A stretch of DNA of 64,000 nt from the human T2T-CHM13v2.0 reference genome, Homo sapiens. A program made the position numbers and the translations under genes. Numbering within the stretch: position 1 is the first letter of the stretch; each line of letters opens with the position of its first letter. The notes beneath the pieces were generated by a model, which was not told where the DNA came from, ran no database searches, and saw nothing but the letters and a program-made list of their open reading frames with translations. The stretch is taken from NCBI RefSeq assembly GCF_009914755.1, contig NC_060925.1. One strand, given 5' to 3'. Positions 62,286-64,000 of the stretch are shown here, one piece after another.

Positions 62286-63839
62286 GTCAACTGTCAGTGA
62301 AGAAGCTGGGAGTCACATAGTATTATAACCCAAGTAAATTCAGGCATCTTGGAATCTCAGCCACATACATGTATAGTGGTAAGAGAGAGAAAGAACAAAT
62401 ACTTACTATTTATGATCTGTTCTAGGTGCTGGGATTATAGTAGTGAAAAGGTATACAATATCCATGGCTTAATGAAATTTGTATTCCAATGAGGAGCCGC
62501 ATAATAAAAACCATATAAACAAATACATATGCAATAATTACAAGAGCAGATGTGGAGCAAGAGTAAGTAATAAAACACATTGGATAAGTTGGGATCAAAA
62601 TAATTGGTGGGGATTACAACCTATTTCAACTATTTTTTCTTTTTAGGGGTGGGATCGTTCTATATTGCCCTTAAGCATTTTTTATTTTTGTGACTTAGAT
62701 TTGAACTTGTTTGAATATGTTAGCTGGAATATCTGTGTAGTTTACTTGCAGAAAGATTGTTCTTGAAAATGTATTCATTCTTTCATTTTTTTTGTCAAAT
62801 ATTTATTGATTGCCCAAGAGTATAGCAGGCATTATTATTTGATTGATCCCTTTTATTTTACATTTTTATTAGTCAACAAAATCGTTATCATTTTATATGT
62901 TAATATTTTGCAAAAGGGAGGTAGTAATTTTATTGCAAAACTGGCCATGATGTACTTTGCCTCTTACTACAACTTGAGTTTGTTTTAAGATGTAATATTG
63001 ACAATCTTAACTGTTCTTTCTCTATGAAAGATTAAAATGGTTTAATAGGGTTATACTTACCAAGCCTAATACCAGTGGGTAAGGCATTGAGAGGCAAGGA
63101 TAAGGAAGAATGAATTTAATTTTATGAATTTACAGCTGGCTATTTGTTTTCAATAACTTGCTGGTGATACAAGGCTAAACCACTCAATATTATTCAGTCA
63201 TCTTGAGCTTTGGTTTTCTTGAAATTATTGATTCAGCATGTAGCACACCCAGACAGAAAAAAAAAAAAAAGCCTAGTGAAGGCAGAAAGCTTTTAGGATT
63301 GCTGCTTACCTTGACTGTTGTATTATATTGGATGCACCAAATTCAGGCATCAATATATAACATTATTTGTAAATGTTGTTTAACTTGGGATGTTGTGAAC
63401 ATTATGTGATTTAATGTGAATGGTCAAATCAAATTCTGTAGTAATAACAATGTATAATTTGCATGCATTGAATTATGAAAGATGTAGAGTAGATTCAGCA
63501 GTAACTAGAATTCATAATGTTCTTTGAGACACATGTAAGGCCAGCAAAGTTTTAGTACACATGCAGAAGTCAAAAATAACAAGTATGGGACAGCCTATTT
63601 TTTTGCCTTTAGTGTCCCCTTATTCCCAGGTCTTGGAGCTATAGGACCTCTATTAGATGAGAAGGGGACCTTTGGTGGCTGGTGGATGTGATGGAATGAG
63701 AACTCCTCAGAGTCCTCCTGGCTGAGTGGGTTAATGTGGGCCCCATATCTCTTTAAAGAGCTCAGCTAGGTGTCAGCAGTGTTCTTGAACAGCTGGATGT
63801 GCTGTCTTTCCTTTCTGTTTGACTAAGGGGTAGGAGTTA

Positions 63840-64000
63840 CAGAAAATCAAACACCGCATGTTCTCACTCATAGGTGAGAATTGAACAATGAAAACACTTG
63901 GACACAGGGTGGGGAATATCACATACCGGGGCCTGTCATGGGGTGGGAGGAGGGGGGAGGGATAGCATTAGGAGATATACCTAATGTAAATGACGAGTTA
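63840..64000 (+). mobile_element. 5'-truncated L1PA 3' end, running off the window
   Basis: 'aaacaccgcatgttctcactcataggtgagaattgaacaatga...gatagcattaggagatatacctaatgtaaatgacgagtta'. Confidence 0.93.

Overview
Primate, very probably human, non-genic genomic DNA that is AT-rich and repeat-rich. No intact multi-exon protein-coding gene is visible, and nearly all ORF-track entries are spurious or lie inside repeats or pseudogenes. Main elements: (1) a processed gamma-actin (ACTG1) pseudogene at ~1985-2835. It keeps its 5' UTR but has lost the 3' third, and it sits at the end of an old L1. (2) A ~10.9 kb nuclear copy of mitochondrial DNA (NUMT) at ~15991-26892, in reverse orientation and colinear across the origin of the circle: tRNA-His/Ser/Leu, ND5, ND6, tRNA-Glu, CYTB, tRNA-Thr/Pro, control region, tRNA-Phe, 12S, tRNA-Val, 16S, tRNA-Leu, ND1, tRNA-Ile/Gln/Met, ND2, WANCY with OL, and 5' COX1. 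It carries an intact humanin-like ORF (MATRGFSCLLLVISEIDLSVKRWV). From memory this is MTRNR2L11, which would place the window at human 1q43; I have not verified this. The NUMT also carries open MOTS-c-like and SHLP4-like ORFs, and an enlarged fossil control region with tandem arrays between CSB1 and CSB2 that human mtDNA lacks. (3) Many Alus, L1/L2/MIR fragments, solo LTRs (several with clean target-site duplications, TSDs) and DNA transposons. I found no convincing new biological system. The best leads are the mitochondrial-derived-peptide ORFs in the NUMT, the fossil control region, and divergent CTCF-like motifs bracketing the NUMT. Repeat subfamily names are recognised from memory and are approximate.
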